Positions 46,342-56,689 of a stretch of 64,000 nucleotides of DNA are shown one piece after another. Position 1 is the first letter of the stretch, and each line of letters starts with the position of its first letter. The translations under genes were made by a program, and so were the position numbers. The notes beneath the pieces were generated by a model. The model made no database searches. It was not told the DNA's origin and saw only the letters and a list, made by a program, of their open reading frames with translations. Origin of the DNA: an uncultured Alphaproteobacteria bacterium (lineage in GTDB: Bacteria; Pseudomonadota; Alphaproteobacteria; HIMB59; GCA-002718135); assembly GCA_902570155.1 (NCBI GenBank), contig CACFXU010000001.1, positions 169,360 through 233,359 of the forward strand, given 5' to 3'.

Positions 46342-46820
46342 ATAGAATTAGCTTAATAAATAAAGAACACCTAATATCAATAATCAATTTTATAAATGAT
46401 AATAGTGATGAATTTAATTATTTTAAAAAAATAGGATGGAATATAAAAAATATTGAAAGTCAATTCAGCAAAGATAATAATTACTCTCTTGGTTATTTTC
46501 AGGATAATAATCTTGTAGGAGTCTTAATTGGTGATACAATTAAAAATGATAAAGAATATGATTTAGAATTGCATATTTTATTTGTATTAAAAGATGAAAG
46601 AAGAAAAAAAATTGCAACAAAATTATTAAATTATATTGAAACAAATAATCTTAATTTTTCAAAGATTTTCATTGAAGTTGCTGAAGATAATGTAGAAGCA
46701 ATAAATTTTTATCAAAAAAACAACTTTGTCTTTTTAAATTTTAGACATAAATACTATAGGTATAATGACAAATATATTCATGCTAAATGCTTCATAAAAA
46801 ATATTAATAATGAGCGATAA
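46338..46820 (+). CDS. rimI: GNAT acetyltransferase, probable ribosomal-protein-alanine acetyltransferase
   Basis: GNAT fold (RRKKIATKLL, AINFYQKNNF) in the conserved tsaB-rimI position. TTG start overlaps the tsaB stop. Confidence 0.7.
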   Translation: MNRISLINKEHLISIINFINDNSDEFNYFKKIGWNIKNIESQFSKDNNYSLGYFQDNNLVGVLIGDTIKNDKEYDLELHILFVLKDERRKKIATKLLNYIETNNLNFSKIFIEVAEDNVEAINFYQKNNFVFLNFRHKYYRYNDKYIHAKCFIKNINNER

Positions 46821-48111
46821 ATATATTTATATAAAATCTTATGGTTGTCAGATGAATGTATATGACAGTAATCGTATTAAAGATTTGTTTTCAAATAAAG
46901 GATATAAAATAACAAAAGATATTTCTAAGGCAGATTTAACTGTTTTGAATACTTGTCATATTAGAGAAAAGGCAGTTGAAAAAGTTTATTCTGATATTGG
47001 CAGAGTAAAAAAAATTAAAGACAAAAAACAGAATATGAAATTAGTAGTTGCAGGTTGTGTAGCGCAAGCTGAGGGTCTTGAGATAAAAAAAAGATCTCCT
47101 TCAGTTGATTATGTTGTTGGACCTCAATCATATCACAAATTACCTGATATGATTAGTAAGGTGGATGAAATAGAAAATAGTGAGTTTTTACAAAATGAAA
47201 AATTTAAAAACTTAATTTTCAAATCTTCTAATTTATCTTCTGAGTTTTTATCTATTCAAGAAGGGTGTGATAAGTTCTGTTCTTTTTGTGTAGTGCCATA
47301 TACAAGAGGACCTGAATTTTCTAGACCAGTTGATGATATAGTAGAAGAAACAAGAAAATATGTATCAAATGGAATAAAAGAAATAATTTTACTAGGTCAA
47401 AATGTTAATGCCTATCACGGTATTGCCTCTGATGGAAAATCAAAAGATCTAGCTTATTTGATTAACAAGATAGGTGAAATTGAAGAAATTAAGAGGATTA
47501 GATATATGACATCTCATCCTATCGATATGAAAGATTCTCTTATAAATGCCCATGCTGATAATTCAAAGCTTATGCCTTTTCTTCACCTTCCTATTCAATC
47601 TGGCTCAGATAAAATTTTAAAAAAAATGAACAGAAAACACACAGTTGATGATTATTTAAGAATAGTTGAAAAAATAAGAAATGTTCGCCCCGATATTGCT
47701 CTTTCATCCGACTTTATTGTTGGTTTCCCTGAAGAAACAGATAAAGATTTTGAGGATACAATGAAATTTATTGAAAAAGTAAATTTTGTCATTGCTTATT
47801 CATTTATTTATAGTCCAAGACCAGGAACACCTGCTCAAAATAAAGATAATATTAGTTTGTCAGATAAAAAGGCACGCTTGAGCGCATTACAATCATTACT
47901 AACACAACAACAAATAAATTTTAATAAATCATTTGTTAATAAAGGAATGGAAGTATTATTTGAAAAGATAGGCAGGCATAAAGATCAATTTATAGGTCGT
48001 ACAATCTATAATCAAAGTACATTTATTAACTCGAAAAAAAATTTATTAAATCAAATTATGAATGTTAAAATTACAAACTCAACTAATTTTGCACTTGAAT
48101 GTCAGATATAG
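46810..48111 (+). CDS. miaB: tRNA-2-methylthio-N6-dimethylallyladenosine synthase
   Basis: The N-terminus has YGCQMNVYDS. The radical-SAM motif is CDKFCSFCVVPYTRG, and a TRAM domain follows. Confidence 0.9.
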   Translation: MSDKYIYIKSYGCQMNVYDSNRIKDLFSNKGYKITKDISKADLTVLNTCHIREKAVEKVYSDIGRVKKIKDKKQNMKLVVAGCVAQAEGLEIKKRSPSVDYVVGPQSYHKLPDMISKVDEIENSEFLQNEKFKNLIFKSSNLSSEFLSIQEGCDKFCSFCVVPYTRGPEFSRPVDDIVEETRKYVSNGIKEIILLGQNVNAYHGIASDGKSKDLAYLINKIGEIEEIKRIRYMTSHPIDMKDSLINAHADNSKLMPFLHLPIQSGSDKILKKMNRKHTVDDYLRIVEKIRNVRPDIALSSDFIVGFPEETDKDFEDTMKFIEKVNFVIAYSFIYSPRPGTPAQNKDNISLSDKKARLSALQSLLTQQQINFNKSFVNKGMEVLFEKIGRHKDQFIGRTIYNQSTFINSKKNLLNQIMNVKITNSTNFALECQI

Positions 48112-49058
48112 TAAATAAAAACGAAAATTTAGAATTAGAATTAAATGATAATACAATTTTAAGTAACTTATTTGGAGTCAATGATAGAAACTTGTCTCTT
48201 ATAGAACAAATTAATCAAGTTAAAATTCAATACCGTGGAAATAAAATTAAAATATCAGGTAATAAAAAATCAATCTTTGAGACCAAGAAAACTATTCTTA
48301 ATTTATTTAAAGAAGCACAAAATGGTGCTGAAATAGATGAGGATAGAATTAGAGATAATAAAAGTTTAATATCTATGAATATTAAGTCAGACAAAAAGAT
48401 GGATTTATTTATTCAAACTAAAAAAAGAAAAATTATACCAAGAACAGAAATACAAAATAAATATCTTCAACTACTAAATACTAAAAATATCACATTTGCT
48501 ATTGGTCCTGCTGGAACAGGAAAAACTTATTTGGCTGTCGCTAAAGCAGTTTCAGCATTGCAAGATGGTAAAGTAAATAAAATTATTTTATCAAGACCAG
48601 CTGTTGAAGCCGGTGAAAAGTTAGGTTTCCTCCCAGGGGATTTGAAAGAAAAAGTAGATCCTTTTTTAAGACCAATTTATGATGCTTTATATTCAATGCT
48701 ACCATACGAACAGGTAGAAAAAAAATTACTTAATAATACAATAGAAATAGCACCTATTGCATTTATGAGAGGAAGAACTCTTGAAGATTGTTTTATAATC
48801 TTAGATGAAGCTCAAAATACGACAAAAACACAAATGAAAATGTTTTTAACAAGATTAGGTAAAAATAGTCAAATGGTGGTTGTAGGAGATATTACACAAA
48901 TCGATCTAGTAAGCGAAAAAGATTCAGGACTTAAAGATGCATTAAAAAAGTTAAACAAAGTTGATGATATAGGTTTTATCGAATTATCAGAAAAAGATGT
49001 TGTACGACATGATTTAGTCAAAAAAATTATTAATGCATATGAAAAACATAAAAGTTGA
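48099..49058 (+). CDS. phoH: PhoH-like ATPase (YbeZ)
   Basis: Walker A GPAGTGKTYLAV, Walker B ILDEAQN. Confidence 0.9.
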   Translation: MSDIVNKNENLELELNDNTILSNLFGVNDRNLSLIEQINQVKIQYRGNKIKISGNKKSIFETKKTILNLFKEAQNGAEIDEDRIRDNKSLISMNIKSDKKMDLFIQTKKRKIIPRTEIQNKYLQLLNTKNITFAIGPAGTGKTYLAVAKAVSALQDGKVNKIILSRPAVEAGEKLGFLPGDLKEKVDPFLRPIYDALYSMLPYEQVEKKLLNNTIEIAPIAFMRGRTLEDCFIILDEAQNTTKTQMKMFLTRLGKNSQMVVVGDITQIDLVSEKDSGLKDALKKLNKVDDIGFIELSEKDVVRHDLVKKIINAYEKHKS

Positions 49059-49515
49059 TTTTTTCTCTGAATCAAAAAAATGGCCAAGAAGAATACCCAA
49101 AATTAAGATTATAACAAAAAAAACAGTAAATAAGATGAGTTCTTATTTTAAAAATGATCATTCATATGAATTAAATATAATACTAACAGATAAATCTAAG
49201 ATGATAAAACTTAATAAAATCTATAAAAATAAACAATCCGATACAGATGTTCTTACTTTTATTTCAAAGAATTCAAATAAAAATGTTGGAAAAATTTTAT
49301 ATTGTGATATTTTTTTCTCTATAGATACCATTGAGAAATTTATACGTAGAAATAAAGTTAGCATATATGATCATTTTAACCATCTATTAATTCATAGTTT
49401 TTTGCATATTAATGGATACGATCACAAAAAAAATTTAGATTTTAAAAAAATGAAAAAAGAGGAGATAAAAATTTTAGGATTACGTGGAATAAAAAATCCT
49501 TATAAAATTCAATGA
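49033..49515 (+). CDS. ybeY: rRNA maturation endoribonuclease YbeY
   Basis: Zn motif HSFLHINGYDH (HxxxHxxGxxH). Confidence 0.85.
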   Translation: MHMKNIKVDFFSESKKWPRRIPKIKIITKKTVNKMSSYFKNDHSYELNIILTDKSKMIKLNKIYKNKQSDTDVLTFISKNSNKNVGKILYCDIFFSIDTIEKFIRRNKVSIYDHFNHLLIHSFLHINGYDHKKNLDFKKMKKEEIKILGLRGIKNPYKIQ

Positions 49516-50360
49516 ACACAAATAACGCTGATAAAACATCTAGCTGGAAAAATTGGATAATTAAAAAATTGCTATCTAATGATTCAACAAAAGAAGATAT
49601 TTTAAATTTTATAGCTAATGATGAAGATGATAAAGATCTAGAAGATCTTAATGACAATAACGAAAAAAATTTAATTAAGAACATTGTAAATTTGAACGAA
49701 AAAAGTGTTGAAGATTTAATGATACCTAGAAGTGAAATAATAGCTCTAGATCAAGATAAATCTTATAATGAAATTTTAGAAGTCATTAAAGAGGAGGGGC
49801 ACTCTAGATTTCCAGTATACAAAAAAAATATTGATAATGTAATGGGTTTTTTTCACATAAAAGATTTTATTAAATCATCTCAAGATACATTTCAAATGAG
49901 TGAAATTATTAGGGATGTTTTATATGTTGCACCAAAATCACCAATTTTAGACTTACTAAAAACAATGAGATCATCGAGAATTCATATAGGACTTGTCGTG
50001 GATGGAGTTGGAGGTGTAGATGGATTGGTTACGATAGAAGACTTAGTTGAAGAAATTGTTGGTGAGATTGAAGATGAACATGACGCAGAAGATGATGAAG
50101 AATTAGTTTATAAAAAATCAGATAATTCAATAACTGTAGATGCTAGTTATAGAGTGGAAGATTTAGAAGAATTTTTTTCAATTAATATTCCAAGAAATGA
50201 AGATGATGAAACTTCTTCTGTAGGCGGTCTTGTATATGAAAAAATAAATAGGATACCAAAAAATAATGAAGTAATTGATTTTAATGATGAACTTAGAATC
50301 AAGATCGTTAAATCAAACAATAGAAAAATTGAAATTGTTGAAGTAAATAAAAATAATTGA
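49512..50360 (+). CDS. corC: CBS-pair/CorC_HlyC domain protein (CorC/TlyC family)
   Basis: CBS pair (MIPRSEI..., HSRFPVY) and a C-terminal transporter-associated domain, in the conserved position after ybeY. Confidence 0.85.
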   Translation: MNTNNADKTSSWKNWIIKKLLSNDSTKEDILNFIANDEDDKDLEDLNDNNEKNLIKNIVNLNEKSVEDLMIPRSEIIALDQDKSYNEILEVIKEEGHSRFPVYKKNIDNVMGFFHIKDFIKSSQDTFQMSEIIRDVLYVAPKSPILDLLKTMRSSRIHIGLVVDGVGGVDGLVTIEDLVEEIVGEIEDEHDAEDDEELVYKKSDNSITVDASYRVEDLEEFFSINIPRNEDDETSSVGGLVYEKINRIPKNNEVIDFNDELRIKIVKSNNRKIEIVEVNKNN

Positions 50361-51808
50361 GTATTTTAATTTATTTTTTCTTAGGACTTCTAACCTCACT
50401 TTTATTTCCTCCATATTTTTTTTTACCACTAGGTTTTATTATTTTTCCATCCCTTTGTTTTTTATTAGAATCAAATAAAGAAAATTATAGTGATAAAAAT
50501 ATTTTTAATACATTCTCAATATTTGGGTTTGGTTTTTTTATTAGTTATTTATTTTGGATCAAAAATCCTTTTTTTGTTTTTGAAGAAACTAAAAATTTTT
50601 TTTTAGTTTTTTTATTACTGATAATATTCTTATCTGTAATTTTAGGTTTAATCTTTACAATAATTTTTAAAGTAGGAAAAAAAATTCCAATAATTATTCT
50701 TATTCCACTAATGTTTACATCTAGTGAATATATAATATCAATATTTTTTTATGGATTTCCTTGGTTTACATTTTCGTTATTACTTTCTAGTAATGAATAT
50801 TTACTATTTTTAATAAAATTATTTGGAACATTATTTTCGAGTTATTTAATTATTCAGATTTTTTGTATACCTTTTATTTTTTTAACAAAAGAAAACTTCA
50901 AACAAGAATTGAAATATCTGTCATTATTTATTTCTTTGCCAATCATTACTTTAATGATTACAAATTTTAATAAAGAAGAAAATAATTTTAAAATTAAAAC
51001 AATTAATTTGGAAATTTTCCAATTAAATTTTAAAAATAATGACAAATTTTTAACTTCTGAGAAAAAACTTCAAAGAATAATCAAACATATAGATGAAAGT
51101 AATGCAGATTTGCTTATATTTGGAGAAAATAATTTTCCTTATCTTTTAGATGATCTTGAACTAAATATCATAAAAGATTCTTTAAAAGAAAATCAAACAT
51201 TAGTTATTGGAGCTACAAGATATGAAAATAATAAATATTATAATAGTTTAGTAAATATTAATTTAGTAGATGTAACTTACTTTGATAAAAAAATTCTTGT
51301 TCCTTTTGGAGAGTTTCTACCTTTAAGAAATTCACTAACTTTTTTAGAGAGTATCGTTGGTCAAAATGATTATTCAAAAGGTAAAGTTGAAAGAATAATT
51401 AACCTATCTGATAATATAAGTTTTATTCCTGTAATTTGTTATGAGATTGTTTTTTATTGGAAGCTTTTAAACAAATTAAATCACAATAGTAATTTCATTA
51501 TAAATATTACGAATGATTTTTGGTTTGGTGATTATTTAGGTCCTTATCAACATTTTTATCTCACTAAAATCAGAGCCGCAGAGTTTAATAAACCAATTAT
51601 TCGTGTTTCAAATAACGGCATATCTGCAGTGATAAATAATAATGGTGCGGTGCTAAATAAAACCGAATTTAATAAAACTGAAAATTTTAAACATAAATTA
51701 TTTTTTAAAGAAAATAATAATTTTGTATATTTTCATTTAACATTTAAAATTTATCTCTTTATTATTTTTATACTAACTACTTTCTATTATTTAAGAAAAA
51801 ATGATTAG
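50357..51808 (+). CDS. lnt: apolipoprotein N-acyltransferase
   Basis: Polytopic N-terminus plus a CN-hydrolase domain (LIFGENNFP, KKILVPFGEFLP, ICYEIVF). TTG start. Confidence 0.85.
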   Translation: MSILIYFFLGLLTSLLFPPYFFLPLGFIIFPSLCFLLESNKENYSDKNIFNTFSIFGFGFFISYLFWIKNPFFVFEETKNFFLVFLLLIIFLSVILGLIFTIIFKVGKKIPIIILIPLMFTSSEYIISIFFYGFPWFTFSLLLSSNEYLLFLIKLFGTLFSSYLIIQIFCIPFIFLTKENFKQELKYLSLFISLPIITLMITNFNKEENNFKIKTINLEIFQLNFKNNDKFLTSEKKLQRIIKHIDESNADLLIFGENNFPYLLDDLELNIIKDSLKENQTLVIGATRYENNKYYNSLVNINLVDVTYFDKKILVPFGEFLPLRNSLTFLESIVGQNDYSKGKVERIINLSDNISFIPVICYEIVFYWKLLNKLNHNSNFIINITNDFWFGDYLGPYQHFYLTKIRAAEFNKPIIRVSNNGISAVINNNGAVLNKTEFNKTENFKHKLFFKENNNFVYFHLTFKIYLFIIFILTTFYYLRKND

Positions 51809-52457
51809 TAATAATTATAGCAATCGCTTATTTGGGAGAACAAGAGGAAGAAGCAAGAAAAAAATTGATTTAAAAAAATATCATCAAATAGTTGACAAAT
51901 ACAAGTTTCAAAATTGTGATAAAAAAATAAATTATATTTTAGATATTGGTACTGGATATGGTGAAACCAGTATATTTCTTGCAAACCAATTTTTAGACAA
52001 AGTGATTATATCTTGTGAAAAATATATTGATGGAAATATAATTTTACTTAAAAATATTGAAAAGAATGAAATAAAAAATATTCTATTACATAACGGAAAT
52101 GTATATGATGTATTAGAATGTGCACATAGGGAATGTTTTGACCTTGTATGGATATTTTTTCCTGACCCATGGCCAAAAAATAGACACGCAAAGCGTAGAT
52201 TGATAACTAGTGATTTCTTAATAAAACTTCACAATACTTTAAAAGAGAATAGCGAGATACATATAGCTACAGACTCCACAATATATTTAAGATTTATTTT
52301 AAACTCAATTTATAATTGTAAGGATTATTTTGTCTGGATGAACCAATCTGAAATGAATCTGCATATAAAAGATTATTTCGATATTGAGACAAAATATTAT
52401 AAAAAAGCAATTAATTCTCAAAGAAAACCATCTTTATTCATTTTGAGAAAATTATAG
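51801..52457 (+). CDS. trmB: tRNA (guanine-N7)-methyltransferase
   Basis: DIGTGYGE SAM motif and FPDPWPKNRHAKRRL signature. Confidence 0.9.
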   Translation: MISNNYSNRLFGRTRGRSKKKIDLKKYHQIVDKYKFQNCDKKINYILDIGTGYGETSIFLANQFLDKVIISCEKYIDGNIILLKNIEKNEIKNILLHNGNVYDVLECAHRECFDLVWIFFPDPWPKNRHAKRRLITSDFLIKLHNTLKENSEIHIATDSTIYLRFILNSIYNCKDYFVWMNQSEMNLHIKDYFDIETKYYKKAINSQRKPSLFILRKL

Positions 52458-52497
52458 GCTTGAAATTCTGCAAAATATTAATATACGCAGTATTATT

Positions 52498-52523
52498 AAG
52501 GTGGGTTATCCCACCTTTTTTTT
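52498..52523 (+). terminator. rho-independent terminator after trmB
   Basis: aaggtggg-ttat-cccacctt forms the stem, running into a T8 tract. Confidence 0.75.
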
Positions 52524-52529
52524 ATAAAT

Positions 52530-54068
52530 ATGGCTAAAAAAAAATATAATGTAATAAGAGAAGAGATGCTTCAAGTTGCATCTAATGTAGCACAAGAAAA
52601 AAATATTGATCAAGATTCAGTTTTTTCTGCAATGGAACAAGCATTAGAAAAAGCTGCAAGAGTAAAATATGGCCAAGAGATTGATATAAGAATATCTATT
52701 GATAGAAGCACAGGGGATATTAAGCTTAATTCATATTTGGAAGTTGTTGCAGAAATTGAAGAAGAGTTTCAGTCTAGGCAAATTCTTTTAGAAGATGCAA
52801 AAAAAACAAATCCAGATATCGCTTTAGGAGAGTACATAACTAAAGAACTGCCACCTATTGAATTAGGAAGAGTTGCAGCTCAAAATGCTAAAGGAGTAAT
52901 AATTCAAAAAGTAAGAGAAGCTGATAAATCTAATCAATATGAAGAATATAAAGATAAAGTTGGTGAAATAGCAGTTGGTATAGTCAAAAGAACTGAATTC
53001 GGAAATTTAATAATAGATTTAGGTAAGAGTGAAGCCATAATTAAAAGAGAAGAACTTATTCCAAGAGAAACATTTAAGAATGGAGATAGGGTTAGAGCTT
53101 ACATTTACGAAGTAAAGAATGATGTAAAAGGTTACCAAGTTTTTTTATCAAGAACACATCCTCAATTTTTATCAAAATTATTTTTTCAAGAAGTACCAGA
53201 AATATACGAAGGAGTTATTACTGTTAAAAGTGTTGCAAGAGATCCTGGTTCGAGAGCAAAGATTAGTGTTTTTACAGAAGACTCAACTATAGATCCAGTA
53301 GGAGCTTGTGTTGGTATGAGAGGTTCAAGAGTACAAGCTGTTGTAAACGAATTGCAAGGAGAGAAAATAGACATTGTTACATGGTCAGATAATCAAGCTA
53401 CTTTTTTAGCCAATGCTCTTGCTCCTGCAGAAGTTAGTAAGATTTTCTTGTATGAAGAAAAAAATAAAGTTGAAGTTGTAATACCTGATGATCAACTAAG
53501 TTTAGCAATTGGAAGAAAAGGTCAAAATGTAAAATTAGCTTCTAACTTAACTAGTTTAGAAATAGATATCTTAACTGAAGATGAAGAATCTGAAAGAAGA
53601 CAACAAGAATTTAAAGAAAAAAGTATTTTATTAGCTGAGATACTTGATGTTGAAGACGTTATTGCTCAACTACTTGTTACTGATGGTTATACAACTGTTG
53701 AGTCCATAGCTACTGAAACTTTAGATAATTTAGAAAAAATAGAAGGTTTTGACACTACTTTAGCTCAAGAAATAATTGATAGATCTACAAACTTTGTGAA
53801 GGAAAAAGCTGAGTCAGACAAAAAACTCATAGATGAAAATATTAGTGATGAAAAATTAAAAAATTTGAAGGGTATGAATAACAGTATTTTAGCAAAATTA
53901 GCAAAATCAAATATTCTCAATGTTAATGATTTTGCCGATTTAGCTACATTCGAACTTATAGACAAAGAAGAAGGTATCTTAAGAGAATTAGATCTTGATG
54001 AAGAAATAGCTAACAATATGATAATGGAAGCACGAAGTTTCTGGTCTGAAGAAAAAAATAAGGATTAA
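52530..54068 (+). CDS. nusA: transcription termination/antitermination factor NusA
   Basis: The S1 and two KH domains are present (GACVGMRGSRVQAV, LAIGRKGQNVKLAS), and an acidic C-terminal repeat region follows. Confidence 0.95.
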   Translation: MAKKKYNVIREEMLQVASNVAQEKNIDQDSVFSAMEQALEKAARVKYGQEIDIRISIDRSTGDIKLNSYLEVVAEIEEEFQSRQILLEDAKKTNPDIALGEYITKELPPIELGRVAAQNAKGVIIQKVREADKSNQYEEYKDKVGEIAVGIVKRTEFGNLIIDLGKSEAIIKREELIPRETFKNGDRVRAYIYEVKNDVKGYQVFLSRTHPQFLSKLFFQEVPEIYEGVITVKSVARDPGSRAKISVFTEDSTIDPVGACVGMRGSRVQAVVNELQGEKIDIVTWSDNQATFLANALAPAEVSKIFLYEEKNKVEVVIPDDQLSLAIGRKGQNVKLASNLTSLEIDILTEDEESERRQQEFKEKSILLAEILDVEDVIAQLLVTDGYTTVESIATETLDNLEKIEGFDTTLAQEIIDRSTNFVKEKAESDKKLIDENISDEKLKNLKGMNNSILAKLAKSNILNVNDFADLATFELIDKEEGILRELDLDEEIANNMIMEARSFWSEEKNKD

Positions 54069-54070
54069 AA

Positions 54071-56311
54071 TTGGATAAAGATAAAGGTAATAAAAAAAAG
54101 CCATTAAAACTATCCTCATCAGGAAGACTTCAAATAAGAAAAAATCTTGGTCCAGCAGGTGATAAAGCAAGAACTAGTGGTAGTAAAAAAACAATACAAA
54201 TTGTTTTTAAAAATAAAAATAATCAACAGAAAAGTTCATCTACAACCCAATCTAATTTCAGAGGATCATCTAGCCTAAGAACACCTAGGCCAGGAATTAA
54301 TTCATCACCACAACCAAACTTTTCCTCACCTAATAAAACTAGAAACTTTGATAATAAAAATAAAAAAACTGTTGATAAAAAAACACAACAAAAAAAATCA
54401 ACTCTTAGACCACTTGAAGATGATTTTAGTAAATCTGATGCTAAAAAAATCCTAGAACAAGAAGAACAAGAATTTGATAAATTTCCCAGTTTAGCTAAAA
54501 TAAAAAGAGCGAGAGAAAAAGAAAGACTTAAATCAGCAACTGACGAAGATGACGCTAAAATCTCTAGAGAAGTTTCTATTCCTGATTTTATTACTGTTCA
54601 AGATTTAGCCAACAGAATGGCTGAGAAAACAGCAGACGTAGTTAAAGCCCTAATGAAAATGGGTGTCATGGCAAATGCTACTCAATCTTTGGAGTCTGAT
54701 ACAGCTCAACTAGTTGCAGAAGAATTGGGCCACAAAGTAACAGTAGTTAAAGATGATGATGTTTTAAATGACATTAAAGATTATGAAGATCCAGATGGAA
54801 GTCTTATTCAAAGAGCTCCTGTTGTAACGATCATGGGTCATGTTGACCATGGCAAAACCTCTTTACTTGATGCATTCAGACAAAGTAATGTAGTGTCTGG
54901 TGAAGCTGGAGGCATTACACAGCATATTGGTGCTTATCAAACAAACAATAATAACAAAAAAATTACATTTATTGATACTCCTGGTCATGCTGCCTTCTCG
55001 AATATGAGAGCTAGAGGTTCTAAAACAACTGATATAATTATACTTGTTGTGGCTGCAGATGACGGAATTAAACCTCAGACAATTGAGTCAATTGCCCACG
55101 CAAAAACTGCAGAGGTTCCAATAATAGTTGCTATTAATAAAATTGATCTCCCTGGAGCCGATCCTGATAAAGTTAGAAATGAATTACTTAGTCATGAAGT
55201 AATTGTTGAAAAACTAAGTGGGGAAGTTTTAGATATAGAAGTATCGGCTACTAAAGGAACAAATTTAGATAAATTAGAAGAAGCTATTCATTTACAAGCA
55301 GACCTTCTTAATCTCAAAGCTAATCCTGATAGAAAAGCTAGAGGATCTGTAATTGAATCTAAACTTGAAAAGGGTAGAGGTTCAGTTGCAACAGTTTTAG
55401 TGCAAAAAGGAACATTAAAAGTAAGTGACATATTTGTATCTGGATCTGAGTGGGGTAAGGTCAAAGCTTTAATTGATGATAAGGGTAAAAATATAAAACA
55501 AGCTGAACCATCTGTTCCAGTTGAAGTTTTAGGATTTGACTCCAACCCTTTAGCTGGTGATGATTTTATTGTGGTTGAAAGTGAGGCTATCGCTCGAAAA
55601 ATTTCAGAATTTAGAGCAAGTAAACTTCAAATTCAAAAAAATACGGTTGCAAAATCTAATGTTGAAGAAATGTTTGCTCAAATTAACAAAGGTGAAGCAA
55701 CTAGTCTTCCAGTAGTAATTAAAACAGATGTACAAGGCTCAGCAGAAGCTATTGAAAATTCAATAACTAAACTCTCAACCGATGAAGTTAAGGTTAATGT
55801 TATTTACAAAGGTGTAGGTGCAATTACTGAGAGTGATGTTACATTAGCTAGTTCCGGAAAAGGTTTTATTGTTGGTTTTAATGTTAGAGCACTACCTCAT
55901 GCAAGAGATATAGCAAAAAGAGATGGCGTAGATATTAAATATTATTCAATTATCTATGAGCTTATTGATGATGTAAAAAATCTTTTAACTGGTTTATTAA
56001 AACCAGATATCTCTGAAAATATCACAGGAAATGTAGAGATTAGAGAGGTATTTAATATCTCCAAAGTTGGAAATATAGCAGGTTGTATGGTTAAAGATGG
56101 TCTTATTTCAAGAAAATCACAGATTAGAATTCTTAGAGACAATATCGTAATTCACAAAGGACAAATTAGTAGTCTAAAAAGATTTAAAGAAGAAGTATCT
56201 GAGGTCAAATCAGGTTTTGAGTGTGGTGTAATGCTAGACAATTATAGTGATATAAAAGTAGGTGATATTATTGAAACATTTGAAGAAATTTCTACAAGTA
56301 GAAAGTTATAA
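54071..56311 (+). CDS. infB: translation initiation factor IF-2
   Basis: G-domain GHVDHGKTSLLD, DTPGH, NKID. TTG start 2 nt after the nusA stop. Confidence 0.95.
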   Translation: MDKDKGNKKKPLKLSSSGRLQIRKNLGPAGDKARTSGSKKTIQIVFKNKNNQQKSSSTTQSNFRGSSSLRTPRPGINSSPQPNFSSPNKTRNFDNKNKKTVDKKTQQKKSTLRPLEDDFSKSDAKKILEQEEQEFDKFPSLAKIKRAREKERLKSATDEDDAKISREVSIPDFITVQDLANRMAEKTADVVKALMKMGVMANATQSLESDTAQLVAEELGHKVTVVKDDDVLNDIKDYEDPDGSLIQRAPVVTIMGHVDHGKTSLLDAFRQSNVVSGEAGGITQHIGAYQTNNNNKKITFIDTPGHAAFSNMRARGSKTTDIIILVVAADDGIKPQTIESIAHAKTAEVPIIVAINKIDLPGADPDKVRNELLSHEVIVEKLSGEVLDIEVSATKGTNLDKLEEAIHLQADLLNLKANPDRKARGSVIESKLEKGRGSVATVLVQKGTLKVSDIFVSGSEWGKVKALIDDKGKNIKQAEPSVPVEVLGFDSNPLAGDDFIVVESEAIARKISEFRASKLQIQKNTVAKSNVEEMFAQINKGEATSLPVVIKTDVQGSAEAIENSITKLSTDEVKVNVIYKGVGAITESDVTLASSGKGFIVGFNVRALPHARDIAKRDGVDIKYYSIIYELIDDVKNLLTGLLKPDISENITGNVEIREVFNISKVGNIAGCMVKDGLISRKSQIRILRDNIVIHKGQISSLKRFKEEVSEVKSGFECGVMLDNYSDIKVGDIIETFEEISTSRKL

Positions 56312-56323
56312 TGTTTTTTTACA

Positions 56324-56689
56324 ATGGATACGCAGAGGCAAATTAGATTTGGTGAACTAGTAAGGTCATTATTAAGTGATTGTTTACTAAAAGAAGATTT
56401 TTTTGATACAAATATTAACTCTTCATCCATTACAATATCATTTGTTAGAATGTCCAAGGATTTAAAAATAGCAAATGTATATTTTATGCCTCTTGGTGGT
56501 AAAGACAAAACACAAATTTTAGAAGTTTTAAAAGATAAAAAATATATTTTTCAAAAATTTCTATCAAAAGCAAAAATTAATTCAAAATTTACACCAAAGC
56601 TCTCTTTTTATTTAGATGATACATTTGATGAGGCAGAAAAAATTGAAAATCTATTATTAAACAAAAATGTCCTTAGAGATATTAAGTAA
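56324..56689 (+). CDS. rbfA: ribosome-binding factor A
   Basis: 121 aa in the conserved infB-rbfA-truB position, with a KH-like core (ITISFVRMSKDLKIANVYF). Confidence 0.85.
   Translation: MDTQRQIRFGELVRSLLSDCLLKEDFFDTNINSSSITISFVRMSKDLKIANVYFMPLGGKDKTQILEVLKDKKYIFQKFLSKAKINSKFTPKLSFYLDDTFDEAEKIENLLLNKNVLRDIK

Noticed and set aside
54071-54560. Low-complexity K/S/N/Q-rich N-terminal region of IF-2 and the D/E tail of the FYDLN protein (8479-8650), considered as repeats
   Set aside because: Compositionally biased linker regions are normal for these protein families.
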